This document shows, in pieces, positions 35,126 to 46,852 of a stretch of 64,000 nucleotides of DNA. The DNA lies in NCBI GenBank assembly GCA_016288695.1, contig JAEELD010000026.1:17774-81773 (forward strand). Direction: 5' to 3'. Origin of the DNA: Mycoplasmataceae bacterium. GTDB lineage: Bacteria; Bacillota_I; Bacilli_A; Mycoplasmatales; Mycoplasmoidaceae. A program made the position numbers and the translations under genes. Every line of letters begins with the position of its first letter. Within the stretch, counting starts at the first letter, position 1. Below the pieces are notes generated by a model. It did not search any database. It saw nothing but the letters and a program-made list of their open reading frames with translations, and was not told the origin of the DNA.

Positions 35126-37027
35126 TTAATCAGTTAAATCAAAATTAACATTTTCAGATAATCATTTTTTTCTTGCTTCACTATTATCTCCCATTAAAAC
35201 CGAAACTTGTCTCTCAGCAGTGGCTGCATCTTCAATTTTTACCCTAACAAAATATCGTTTTTCTGGGTCCATTGTAGTTTCTCATAACTGTTCTGCATTC
35301 ATTTCACCTAAACCTTTATAACGTTGGATTTCATAAGACTTAAATTCTTCTTTTATTTGTTTTAAATCACTTTCATTCCATGCATATTTAATTTTTTTTG
35401 TCTGCTTATTTGTTATTTTATATAGCGGACTCAAAGCTATATAAATATGACCATTATCAATTAATGGTTTCATATAACGATAAAAGAAAGTAAGCAATAA
35501 TGTCTGAATGTGCGCTCCATCAACGTCAGCGTCTGTCATAATAACAACTTTGTGATATTTTAAATTTTTGATATCAAATTCTGGAACAATGCCAGTCCCT
35601 AAACAGGAAATCAATGTACAAATTTCTTCATTTTTAAGTAAATCTCTTATAGTTGTTTTTTCAACATTTAATACTTTACCTCTCAATGGTAAAATAGCTT
35701 GATATTTCTTATTACGTGCCATTTTTGCACTTCCACCAGCTGAATCACCTTCAACAATGAAAAGTTCATTATTTATTGGAGATTTTGATTGAGCTGGGGA
35801 TAATTTTCCTGATAATAGTAATTTTTGATGTTTTGCATTTTTTAAATTTCTAACATCTTCTCTAGCTCTCTTAGCTGCGAATCTTGCATCTCTACTATTT
35901 ATTGCTTTTTTAACAATCGCTTCAGCATCTTTTTTATTTTCTTCTAATCAAAAAGTAAAATTGTTAAAAATTACTTTTTTAACAGCAGCGTTTGCTTCTT
36001 GAGTAAATAATTTTGTTTTTGTCTGACCTTCAAAGGAAATTATTTTTTCAGGAATCATAACAGAAATTATTGCTGTTAATCCTTCTCTAACATCATCACC
36101 TTCTAAATTTTTATCTTTGTCTTTCAAGAAATTATTTTGTCTTGCATAATTATTTATGATTTCAGTTAATGCAGATTTAAAACCTGATTCATGGCCACCA
36201 CCTTCAGGAGTCTTAATTGAGTTCGCAAAACTTATAATTAGCTCATTGTTACTGGTAGTATATTGAAGTGCTATTTGAACCTCAATATTATCATGTTTCC
36301 CTTCAAAATATGCAACATTACTTATGCTTGTTTTAGATTCATTTATAAATTCGACATATTCTGATAATCCTTTTGTTGATTTGAAAACATCTTTCTCATT
36401 AGTAAAATTATCTATAAATTCAATTGTTAAACCTTTGTATATGTAACTTGATTCACGAATTCTCTCCTTTATTACTGAAGTATTAAATTTTTTAACGGAA
36501 AAAAGAGAATAATCAGGTTTAAATGTTACTATTGTTCCCTTTTTATTTGTTTTCCCTACTTCTTTTGCAGGTTGAATTATTTTTCCACCATTTTTATATT
36601 TAGCCTCAAAAATTTTACCATCCCTTTTTACAGTAACTTCCATCCATTCGCTTAAAGCATTAACCACACTTGAGCCAACACCATGTAAACCACCGGAAGT
36701 TTTATACGCATTATTATCAAACTTACCACCAGCATGAAGAATAGTGAAAACTGTATCAATAGATGACATCTTTGTTTGTGCATTAATTCCTATTGGTATA
36801 CCCCGTCCATTATCAGCAACTGTTATTGAATTGTCTGTATTTAATGACACTGAGATAAAATTACAATTACCTGAGATAACTTCATCAATAGAATTATCAA
36901 AAATTTCCCATATTAAATGATGTAAACCATAAGAATCGGTTGAACCAATATACATTCCTGGACGTTTTCTAACAGGTTCTAACCCCGTCAAGACTTTTAT
37001 ATTACTGTCCGAATACTGTTGAGGCAT
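35126..37027 (-). CDS. parE: DNA topoisomerase IV subunit B
   Basis: Merges 35282-35722 and 35948-37075 with a 3' extension to TAA 35126-35128. Start taken at [30 protein letters not shown] (ATG 37027), 633 aa. GHKL ATPase motifs DNGRGIP, GGLHGVG. Toprim [11 protein letters not shown]. Confidence 0.85.
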
Positions 37028-37086
37028 AAGTAAAATATTTACTACATTTATATAATAAATAATCAGTGTTATCAAAATGGATTTTT

Positions 37087-37662
37087 ATGCTCACCATTAA
37101 TGAAACAAAAGAATCTTTAAAATTGTACAAAACTAAATTATTTACAAAAAAAGTTTGATTTAATAAAGGAATTTCATATGTCATTTCTTCATTAATTGTT
37201 TTATCACTTAGCTTACCAATGTATTTTTGAGCAATGAATGCAAAAACACCAATTTATGACAGCTGGTTCATCAGAATAAATATTACATTGAATTCAGGAG
37301 TATCTTTTGGTATTTTAAAAGGAGAAATAGTTGCCATAATATTAATTCAACTTTTTTCAATATTCTTGCTTTTTATTGCTTTTTTTTTAGTTCTTAAATG
37401 GTATTATTCTTTTTGCATATTAATATCATTGCATGGAGCAACATTTAATTTTTTAGATAGGTTAATTGACACAAATGTACCATCGCTTGGAATGGTAAAA
37501 CAAAATTCAGTTTTAGATTATTTCCAATTTAATATGTTTGGAACACAAAGCGCAATTTTTAATTTTCCAGACATATTTATTTTGTTAGGAATTATTTCAA
37601 TATCTCTAATTTTTTTAATAGAATCATTCAAAAGAAAAGAAAATATAAAACAAGACATTTAG
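37087..37662 (+). CDS. lspA: lipoprotein signal peptidase II
   Basis: Track ORF 37234-37662 extended upstream through two TGA codons to ATG 37087, 191 aa. LNSGVSFG (N.GAAFG motif), VLDYFQF, FNFPDIFI. Confidence 0.8.
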
Positions 37663-37674
37663 ATAGGTTTTTGC

Positions 37675-38349
37675 GTGGACATCATTTATGAAGACAACTA
37701 TTTACTAGTTGTAAACAAAGAAAAGGGATTGTTAGTACACAAAACTACATTCAATGAAAAAGAAACGCTTGTGTCATTACTACAAAATAAAATAAAGATC
37801 GATGAATTTGTTGATAAAAAACGACCAGGTATAATTCATCGCCTAGATAAATATACAAATGGCTTGTTGGTTGTTGCAAAAAACAAATTTATTGCAGAAA
37901 AATTATCTGATCAAATTATGAAAAAAAAAATGAAAAGAAAGTATGTTGCTATAGTTCACAATAATATAAAAAATGATGAAATAATAATTGATGCTCCTCT
38001 TATGAGAAACAAAAAATGTAAAACAACTAAAATGATGGTTTCAAGTGATAAAAAAGCAAAAAATTCAATAACAAAAGTTAAAGTAATTGAGCATTTCAAA
38101 GATTCATGCTATGTGGAATGCGAATTATTGACAGGGAGAACTCACCAAATACGAACTCATTTAAGTTACATTAATCATCCCATCTTCAATGATTCTTTAT
38201 ATGGGCATGATGATGGATACAAAAATTATGGTCAATTTCTTACTTCACATTGATTACAATTTAAGCATCCAATAACTAACAAACTATTGAAGTTTAAAAT
38301 TAAACTTGACCAAACTTTTACTGATCTACTAAATAAATTGAGAAGATAA
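37675..38349 (+). CDS. RluA-family pseudouridine synthase (no S4 domain)
   Basis: GTG start 37675. Extends through TGA 38251 to TAA 38347-38349, 224 aa. HRLDKYTNGLLVVAKN and GRTHQIRTH motifs. Confidence 0.85.
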
Positions 38350-38354
38350 TTAAT

Positions 38355-38915
38355 ATGATTCTTTTTATCGATACAACCCAAGCATGATGTGTAATATCAA
38401 TTATTTCATCAAATAAAATAATTTGTTTTTCACAAGAAATAACTTTTAAAAACACAACTGATATTCTAATTGAAAAAATTGATTATTTATTGAAGTCAAA
38501 GAAACTTAGCAAAAAAAATATAAATAAGATTTATTTTTTATTAGGGCCTGGATCGTTTAATGGTTGCAGAATGGGGTATATTGTTGCTAAACTGTGAGGA
38601 CTTGTTGAAAAAATAAAAGTGTACACCATGAATTCATTACTTTTTCAATTGAAAAGTGGAACTGGTATAAGTCTAATAAATGCAAAAAGTAATAAATTTT
38701 ATGTGGCAGTATACAAAAATTACAAAGAAATCCATAAACCAAGTCTAATAAATTCAAACTACTTAAACACATTTATAAAAAAGTACAAGAGATTTAAAAT
38801 TTACAAAGATTATCAAGATCTTGATTACAAGACAAATATATTAGAAAAAATAGAATATTTTGAAGAAAATATTAATCTCAAAAAACTAAAACCACTTTAC
38901 TTAAAAGGAATATAG
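38355..38915 (+). CDS. tsaB: tRNA t6A37 biosynthesis protein TsaB (YeaZ)
   Basis: ATG 38355. Two TGA codons precede track ORF 38619-38915 (same frame), 186 aa. MILFIDTT..., GPGSFNGCRMG (the GPGSFTG.R.G motif). Confidence 0.8.
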
Positions 38916-38917
38916 TG

Positions 38918-39352
38918 ATGAATAAAGTAAGTATAAGTAAAGTAAAAATTAATGAGATTAATGATATTCACAAAATTTCATTAATATATTTTCATAACAA
39001 TTCATTATTCGGAATTAATTATTTAAAGAAGTTAATTTATGACAAAAATTGCGTTTTTGTTAAAATTTTACTGGATAAAAAAATAGTTGGTTTTTTAATA
39101 AGCTATATATTAATTGACCACATTGACATTTACAAAATAGCAATTGATAAAGAATATAAACGTCATGGATATGGCACAATGCTTATTAATTATTTATTTT
39201 CAAAAAAATTAAATATTTTTGCTGAAGTTGGTGTGGATAACATGTCTGCCATAAAATTTTACAAAAACTTAAATTTTATAACAGTTAATAAAATAAAAAA
39301 TTATTATGATGGAAAAATGGATTGTTTATTAATGAAATATTCAACTAAATAA
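38918..39352 (+). CDS. rimI: GNAT-family N-acetyltransferase (RimI-like)
   Basis: 144 aa from ATG 38918 (GTG 38915 is also possible). Acetyl-CoA motif KRHGYGTMLINYL. Directly follows tsaB, as in many bacteria. Confidence 0.7.
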   Translation: MNKVSISKVKINEINDIHKISLIYFHNNSLFGINYLKKLIYDKNCVFVKILLDKKIVGFLISYILIDHIDIYKIAIDKEYKRHGYGTMLINYLFSKKLNIFAEVGVDNMSAIKFYKNLNFITVNKIKNYYDGKMDCLLMKYSTK

Positions 39353-39375
39353 ATTAATTATAATTTACTATAACT

Positions 39376-40644
39376 ATGAATCCCAAATATACAAAACCTA
39401 GAGGAACTCAAGATTTATTTTATGAAAACATAGATAAATTTAATTCATTATGTTCATTTTTACAAAACACATCTTCCTTATATGGATTCAAGCAAATTAA
39501 AACTCCAATTTTTGAAAATAAAAATCTATTTATTCGGTCTGTTGGAGAAGAATCAAATATAGTAACAAAAGAATTTTATGATTTTCAAGATAAGTCAGGA
39601 AGGGAAATGGCATTGCGTCCTGAAGGGACAGCACCTGTAATTCGAGCAGTGATTGAAAATAAATTAATTGATAAATATCCCTCCCCTCTAAAATTATCAT
39701 ATCTAGAACCAATGTTCAGATATGAAAGACCTCAAAGTGGAAGATTAAGACAATTTCATCAATTTGGAGTTGAGGTAATTAATACAAGTAGTTTATATGA
39801 TGAAATTGAACTGCTAATTCTTGTTGATGATATACTAAATAAATTAAAGATTAAAAAAGCAAAATTAAATTTAAATAATATTGGTAGCCTTAGTTCAAGA
39901 AAAAAATGAATTAATGAATTATCAAATTATTTTCATAAATATGAAAAAGATTTATCATCGGAATCAAAGAAACGAATTGACATTAATCCATTAAGAATAT
40001 TGGACGATAATGATGAAAGCAAAAAAACAGTTGTAATTAATGCCCCAAAAATTGACAATTTTTTATCTAATGGAGAAAAAAAATATTTTGAAAATATTTT
40101 GGATATGCTAAATAAGTTTAAAATTAATTACGTAATAAATAAAAATATTGTAAGAGGATTAGATTATTATTCCGGTTTAGTTTTTGAAGTAATTAGTAAC
40201 TTAGATATTTTAGCAGGTCAACCAACAATAATTGGTGGTGGGAAATATGTAAATCTAGTCTCTGAACTTGGTGGTAAAAATGTTGAGTGCATAGGCTTTG
40301 CAATTGGGATAGAAAGATTATTACTAGCATTAAATGTAGAAAATAATAATTTGTCACCTGATACTAATCCAAATATCATCATAGGAACTTTAGATAATAA
40401 ATATAACTCATATTCGCTTTTTGTTAGCAACATATTAAGAAAATCAAATTTTAAAACAATATGCAATTTTAACTCAATAAAAATTAAAAACCATTTTAGT
40501 TTGGCTACAAAATTGAATGCTGAATATGTCATAATAATTGGTCAGAATGAATTTAAAAACAAAACAATAACAATTAAAAACCAAAAAACATTAATCCAAA
40601 AAACAATTGACACCAATAATTTATTAAAATTTTTAAATAAATAA
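39376..40644 (+). CDS. hisS: histidine--tRNA ligase
   Basis: Merges 39376-39909 and 40000-40644 (same frame), 422 aa. KPRGTQDLF, ALRPEGTAPVIR, FRYERPQSGRLRQFHQFGVE, GGGKY, GFAIGIERL. Confidence 0.93.
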
Positions 40645-40646
40645 GT

Positions 40647-42386
40647 ATGAAAAAACTAACTTGTGGTGAAGTAACAAAAAAATATATAAATCAAGACATT
40701 GAAGTTAATGGATGAGTCAAAACAATTAGGAAACTCGGTTCATTGATTTTTATTGATGTATATGACAGAACAGGTTTTGTTCAAGCTGTAGTTGAACAAA
40801 ACAACAAAATGTTTAATAAGATAAATAATATTTCAACTAATTATGTTATTGGTTTAAATGGCAAAATTCAAGAAAGGAAAAATAAGAATCATAATATAAA
40901 AAATGGTGATATTGAAATTAAAATTGAAAATTTTAATATATATTCGAAATCGCTTCCCCTTCCTATTTCATTTTCTGACAGCATTACAACAAATGAAAAC
41001 TTACGCTTAAAGTATAGATACTTAGATTTAAAAAAACCAATATTACAAAATAATTTATTGTTGAGAAGTAAGATCAACAATATCATCCGTTCATTTTTAA
41101 TTGAAAATGATTTTATCGAAATTGAAACACCATATTTATCTAAATCAACTCCAGAAGGAGCAAGAGACTATTTGGTTCCGTCAAGAATTAAAACAAATAG
41201 CTTTTATGCCTTAACACAATCACCGCAAATTTATAAGCAATTATTAATGATATCTGGTTTTCTTAAATATTTTCAGATAGCAAGGTGTTTTAGAGATGAA
41301 GACTTAAGGATTGATAGACAACCAGAATTTACCCAATTAGATTTAGAAATTTCTTTTACAAATGAACATGAAATTAAAAGATTAATTGAGAAACTTTTTT
41401 CTACTATTTTCAAAAAAGTTTTAAACAAAGAATTAAATACCCCTTTCCCTGAAATTGATTATTTTGAATCAATGAATAAATATGGTAGTGATAAACCCGA
41501 TTTGAGATTTGATTTATTTTTAAACGATGGTACAAATTTTTTCAAAAAGTCAAAATGTAATATTTTCAAATCATCCATAGAACAAAAAAAATCCATAAAA
41601 TACATAATCTGTAACAAAATACTTAATAACAATCAAATAAATTTGCTTCGCAAATATGCAAAAGATAATGGAGCTGTTGACTTAATTTATTTCACATTAG
41701 AAAATAATGAGCTTAATGGGCAATTAAAAAAAATAATTGAACATGAAATAATTTTGTCTATATTCAAAGAACATAAGATAAATTCTGGTTCAATTTTTTT
41801 AATAGCTGATAACCTAAATGTTGTGAATAAATCATTAGGAGCTATAAGAAATATTTTAGCTGAAATGCTAAATTTAAAAGATAAAAATAAATGATGCTTT
41901 TGTTGAATCATAAATTGACCATTGTATGAATATAGTGAAACAGAAAAAAAATTTGTTGCTGCACATCATCCATTTACGTCACCTCAAGAGGAATATCAAA
42001 ATAATTTCTGAAATAAAAAATCTGAAGCCAAAGCTAGAGCATATGATATCGTTCTAAATGGTTTTGAAATAGGTGGAGGAAGTATTCGAATATCAAATCC
42101 TGAGATACAAAGTAAAATGCTTGAAACACTAAATTTAACTACTGAACAAATTAAGTCAAAATTTGGATTTATTATAGAAGCATTCAAATATGGTGTCCCG
42201 CCACATGGTGGAATAGCCATAGGATTAGATAGATTATTAATGCTATTAACATATAGTAAATCAATACGTGATGTTATAGCTTTTCCAAAAGATAGCCAAG
42301 GATATGATAGTATGATGGATTCACCATCACTTGTTGATAAAGAAATATTAGATGAATTGCACATAAAATTTGGCAATTCTAACTAA
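40647..42386 (+). CDS. aspS: aspartate--tRNA ligase
   Basis: ATG 40647. Merges an unlisted 5' part with 40743-41894 and 42117-42386 (same frame), 579 aa. OB domain [60 protein letters not shown]. Confidence 0.93.
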
Positions 42387-42419
42387 ATAATATTCAATCT
42401 ATTAATTTTATTTTGATAA

Positions 42420-42496
42420 TGGCGCGCCTTAAGGGACTCAAACCCCTAACCATTTGATCCGAAGTCAAAAGCTCTATTCAATTGAGCTAAAGGCGC
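42420..42496 (-). tRNA. tRNA-Arg (anticodon UCG), CCA encoded
   Basis: Reverse complement folds as a cloverleaf: acceptor GCGCCTT/AAGGCGC, D stem GCTC/GAGC, anticodon stem TTTGA/TCAAA with loop CTTCGGA (anticodon TCG, G37), 5-nt variable loop, T stem AGGGG/CCCTT, discriminator G, then CCA. Confidence 0.85.
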
Positions 42497-42562
42497 ATAA
42501 TTTAAACTATATAAATCAATCTTTTTATTATATAAATAACTTTTACAGACAAGTGTATTATT

Positions 42563-44287
42563 ATGAACCAAAAATTTAAAGGCACAAGCATTTCTGAAGG
42601 TTTTGCCTTTGGCAAGCCATTAACTTATACTAAAAACTGGTTAAACACAAAATTAAAATTCAAAGATAAAAAAAAATCAATAAAAATATTTAATTTAGCA
42701 ATTGAAAAAACTATTAAACAAATCCAAAATGATATTGTTAAATTGAAAAACAAATTATCACCAAAGGAAATTGAAATTTTTAAGACACACATCTTAATGA
42801 TTAATGATCCCAACATTAAAGAAAAAATAATTTCTAGTATAAACGCATGCAAAAAAGAAATTGACTTAATAGAAATCATTAATAAAACTTTTAATGAGTT
42901 AATAATAAAATTTAAACAAATAAAAAATGACTACATTAAAAACAAAATAGCTGATTTTAATGACATAAAAGAAAGAATTATTACAAATATCTTAAAACCT
43001 AATAATATTAAAAAAAATATTTTAAACAAAGATGTTATCTTTGTATGCAATGAATTAACTCCAAGTATAAGTATTAATATAGTAAATAATAAGCATATTA
43101 AAGGGGTTATAGCTGAATTTGGTTCTAACACTTCGCATGCAGCAATCTTAATTAAAAATTTAGGTATACCTTGTATTTTTGGCATTAAAAACATTACTAA
43201 ATCTACTAATATCAAAAATATATTCATGAATGGATATACTGGTGAAATTGAAATTAATCTTGATAACAAAACCATATTTAATTTATTGAAACATAATAAA
43301 GAGTTAAAAGAACAAGAAGAAAAATATGCTTTTGCTGAAACAAAAACTATAGATGGAAAATCTATAAATATTGAGATTAATATTAATTCAGAAAAAGATT
43401 TACTCAATATTAAAAATGTTAAATTTGATGGTGTTGGTTTGTGTAGAAGCGAATTTTTGTATATCGAGAGCAATAATTGACCTTCAGAAGACTACCAATT
43501 TCAGTACTACAAAAAAGTTTTACAATACATGAAAAATAAACTTGTTGTTATTAGAACATTAGATATAGGTGGTGATAAAAAATTGCCATACTTTCATTTC
43601 GATAATGAAGAAAACCCATTTTTAGGTTTTAGAGCAATTAGATTCCTTTTAAAAAATAAAAAAATCTTCAGAACGCAATTGCGAGCTTTAGGAAGAGCAA
43701 GTGTTTACGGAAAATTAGCAATAATGTTCCCAATGATAGCAAACATAAGTGAATTTGTTGAATCAAAACAATATACTGAAACAATTTTTAATGAATTGAG
43801 AAAAGAAAATATTCCAGTTGCAAAAAATATCCAAATAGGTATGATGGTAGAAATTCCTTCTTCTGCCATAATTGCAGATAAATTTTCTAAATATAGCGAT
43901 TTTTTTTCAATTGGCACAAATGACCTAATACAATACACATTTGCTGCCGATAGATTAAATAAATCATGTAATTATCTATACCAACCAAATAATCCTGCAA
44001 TTCTAAAATTAATAAAATCAACAATTGATGGTGCAAAGTTGAATAACAAATGGGTTGGAATGTGTGGGGAAATGGCTTCAGATATTACATCAACCCCTTT
44101 ATTAATTGGTTTAGGAATAAATTCCTTAAGTGTGCATCCTACAAAAATTAAAAAAATTAGACAAATTGTAAATAATATTAAATCATCTGATTGTAAAGAA
44201 TTAGCTAGCAAAGCATTATCTCTTGAAAATTGTGAAAAAATCAATAATCTTGTAAATTCATTCTTGAAAGAAAGAAAATTAATATAG
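42563..44287 (+). CDS. ptsI: phosphoenolpyruvate-protein phosphotransferase (PTS enzyme I)
   Basis: Merges 42563-43480 and 43529-44287 (same frame), 574 aa. Phospho-His region GSNTSHAAILIKNLGIPC, GLCRSEFLY, IRTLDIGGDK, GTNDLIQY, MCGEMA. Confidence 0.95.
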
Positions 44288-45342
44288 TGAAAAAACGAAT
44301 TGTAAAAGTTGGAGATATAGTTATAGGTAAAGAAGATGATATTGTCATTCAATCAATGACCAATATTAAAACTTCAAAAACAAAAAAAAATTTAGCACAA
44401 ATAAAAACATTATTTAAACTTGGTTGCAAATTAGTAAGAGTATCTATTGATAATTTTAAAGATGTAAAGTCATTAAAAAAAATTGTTACAAATTCTCCAT
44501 GTCCAATAATAGCAGATATACAATATAATCCAAAATTAGCTATAGCTGCTATCGAGGCAGGTGCAAAAGGAATAAGAATAAACCCAACAAACATAACAGA
44601 TCAAAAATGATTTATAAAAATCTTAGAAACTGCAAAAAAATATAAAGTAGCAATAAGACTTGGAATAAATACTGGTTCACTAAAAAATGATATTGAGACT
44701 GATAATCAAATAATTAATTTTTTAAAAAAATACATTCTTATCTGTGAAAAAAATAATTTTTTTAACTTAGTTCTAAGTTTGAAATCAACTTCTGTTGAAA
44801 AAACAATTAATCTTTCACTCTTGGCAAGCAAATTATTTAATTATCCAATACATGTAGGCATAACAGAGGCTGGTGATATCACAACTGCAACAATAAGGAC
44901 AACACTGCTTGTGAAAGAATTAGTAATGAAAAAGGCTATAAATACTTTTAGAATTTCTATAACAGATGATCCGACAATTGAACCCACTATTGCAAAAAAA
45001 ATTCTTCACGAATGTGGAATAAAACAAAAATTAACAAATTATATTTCGTGCCCTACTTGTGGGAGATGCAAAATTAATCTTAAAAAAATATTAAAAAAGA
45101 TAAAGAAAATTTTGGATAAAAATCCATCTAATCTAATAAAAGTAGCTCTTATGGGGTGTGTTGTTAATGGATTAAATGAAGTAAAAAAAGCTGATATTGG
45201 ATTTTATGGAGTTAATAAAAAATGTCATTTATATTATAAAGGTGAAAGTGTTGGAATTATGAGTGTAAAAAAAACTATTAAAAAATTTAAATATCTTTAT
45301 ATTGAATTAATTAATCAAAAAAATTTATTTATGCAACAATAA
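44287..45342 (+). CDS. ispG: 4-hydroxy-3-methylbut-2-en-1-yl diphosphate synthase (IspG/GcpE)
   Basis: GTG 44287 overlaps the ptsI stop by 1 nt. Merges 44287-44610 and 44779-45342 (same frame), 351 aa. IVIQSMTN, VRVSI, IIADIQYN, IRINPTNI, IRLGINTGSL, HVGITEAG, and Fe-S ligand region ISCPTCGRC ... MGCVVNG. Confidence 0.9.
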
Positions 45343-45936
45343 CATTAATGTTGATGTTAATAATGATACAAAAAATGAACAAAATGGTGAAACTAACGCA
45401 ACAAATAATATACGCTTTGTATCATTTCTTTGTGTTCTTCTTGTTATTAAATACTTCAACACTATTAACTCATCAATTGTTGCTTTTGTAACTGGCATAT
45501 TTAACTTTTCTAAATTAAATTGGATGTCAAAATAGATTGCTGTCAATGAATCCAATTTTAATTTCTTATATTTGTTTAAAAATGTTTGATTAAGATTCTC
45601 CTTAAATTCATTATCAAGCAAAATATTTTTTTTAAAAACAAAAGAATTTACTGCATCAAATGTTTTAATTTGTAATGAATCATTTTTTGTACAGTTAGAA
45701 GAAACAAAAATCTCTTTACCATAATCATAAATGACCAATTTCCCAGTATATCGGTTATAAACTTTAATTTTGCAATTCTTGACAATTATATCATTTATTG
45801 ATGCTGGGACTTTATAACCTCTATTCGGTTTTATAAATAATATAGCCTCACTATTTAATCCTAATGAATTATCTAGTATTAATCTACCATTCTTGATTTC
45901 CGATTTAATTTTTATTCTTTTTTCTTTACTCAACAT
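45325..45936 (-). CDS. hypothetical protein with C-terminal transmembrane anchor
   Basis: 203-aa ORF with no in-frame TGA. Soluble beta-rich-looking N-terminal part, then a hydrophobic tail ILFVALVSPFCSFFVSLLTSTLMLLL. No motif recognised. Its 3' end overlaps ispG by 18 nt. Confidence 0.5.
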   Translation of the reverse strand: MLSKEKRIKIKSEIKNGRLILDNSLGLNSEAILFIKPNRGYKVPASINDIIVKNCKIKVYNRYTGKLVIYDYGKEIFVSSNCTKNDSLQIKTFDAVNSFVFKKNILLDNEFKENLNQTFLNKYKKLKLDSLTAIYFDIQFNLEKLNMPVTKATIDELIVLKYLITRRTQRNDTKRILFVALVSPFCSFFVSLLTSTLMLLLHK

Positions 45937-46009
45937 AAACTATAAAATTTAAGCAATAATGTTTTTTAACCATAAACATACATAAATTATAAAATTAATG
46001 AAATAAAAT

Positions 46010-46096
46010 GCTCAGGTGGTGAAACTGGCAAACGCAGTAGACTCAAAATCTACCGATAGCAATATCTTGAGGGTTCAAGTCCCTCTCTGAGCACCA
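46010..46096 (+). tRNA. tRNA-Leu (anticodon CAA), class II, CCA encoded
   Basis: Acceptor GCTCAGG/TCTGAGC, D loop with GG, anticodon stem GTAGA/TCTAC with loop CTCAAAA (anticodon CAA), long variable arm (GATA-GCAA-TATC), T arm GAGGG-TTCAAGT-CCCTC, discriminator A, then CCA. 87 nt. Confidence 0.9.
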
Positions 46097-46130
46097 TAAA
46101 AAAGCAATTTAGTAAAAAACAAAAAATAAT

Positions 46131-46844
46131 ATGCCTAGAAAACACTTAATCTCAGCTCAAACAAATAAAAAACAACAAAATCAAGCCAAAATATGACAAA
46201 AACTCGCACGTGAAATAAAAGCTGCTGTTAAAGTTGGTGGCACTAATGTTGAAGCAAATCCAAGACTTAAATCTGCAATATTAAAAGCATTACAAAATAA
46301 TTTATCAAAAGAATCTATCAACAAAAACATAAATGGTGCTGCCATAGATAGTGAAAATATTCATGTACTTGAATATGAAGCATATGGGCCTGAAGGCATA
46401 CAAATTATAATTAATGCCATCACAGATAATGTTAATAGAACTATTTCTAATGTAAAAAGCTACTTAAACAAATTAGGTGCCAAACTAGCAAAACAAAATA
46501 GTTTAAAAATTTTTTTTGAAAAAAAGTCAATAATCTATGTGCCTTTCAATAATGCTAACATGGATAAAATAATTGAAGTAACTCTCCCATTTAATATTAT
46601 CGATATAGTAGAAAAAAATGATCAACATGAAATATATACATCAGATGAGGATATAAATAAAATAATTGATGAATTAAAAAAAAATAAAATCGAAATATCT
46701 AGTTTTGAACAAAAACTATTCCCTCTTCAACCAATTAATAAAATCAGTACAGAAATAAAGGATAAATTATCAGTTTTTTTAAACAAGTGTGATGATGATA
46801 ATGATATTCAATGAGTTGTAACAAATTTTAATGAAAATGATTAA
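46131..46844 (+). CDS. YebC/PmpR-family DNA-binding regulator
   Basis: ATG 46131. Unlisted 5' part (TGA) plus track ORF 46539-46814, extended to TAA 46842-46844, 237 aa. KIWQKLAREIKAAVKVGGTNVEANPRLKSAILKALQNNLSKESI and EYEAYGPEGIQIII are typical of the YebC family. Confidence 0.85.
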
Positions 46845-46852
46845 AAAAATGA

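Noticed and set aside
37002-37184. 60-aa minus-strand ORF spanning the parE/lspA divergent region
   Set aside because: Its 3' part is just an alternative upstream start of the parE frame region, and the rest lies antisense to the code-4 N-terminus of lspA. The conserved parE N-terminus begins at 37027.
42931-43473. 180-aa minus-strand ORF (and 42625-42879, 43705-43938, 43972-44352)
   Set aside because: These are antisense to ptsI and ispG, which have clear catalytic motifs. The Leu/Ile/Phe/Ser-rich products are what AT-rich coding DNA yields on the opposite strand.
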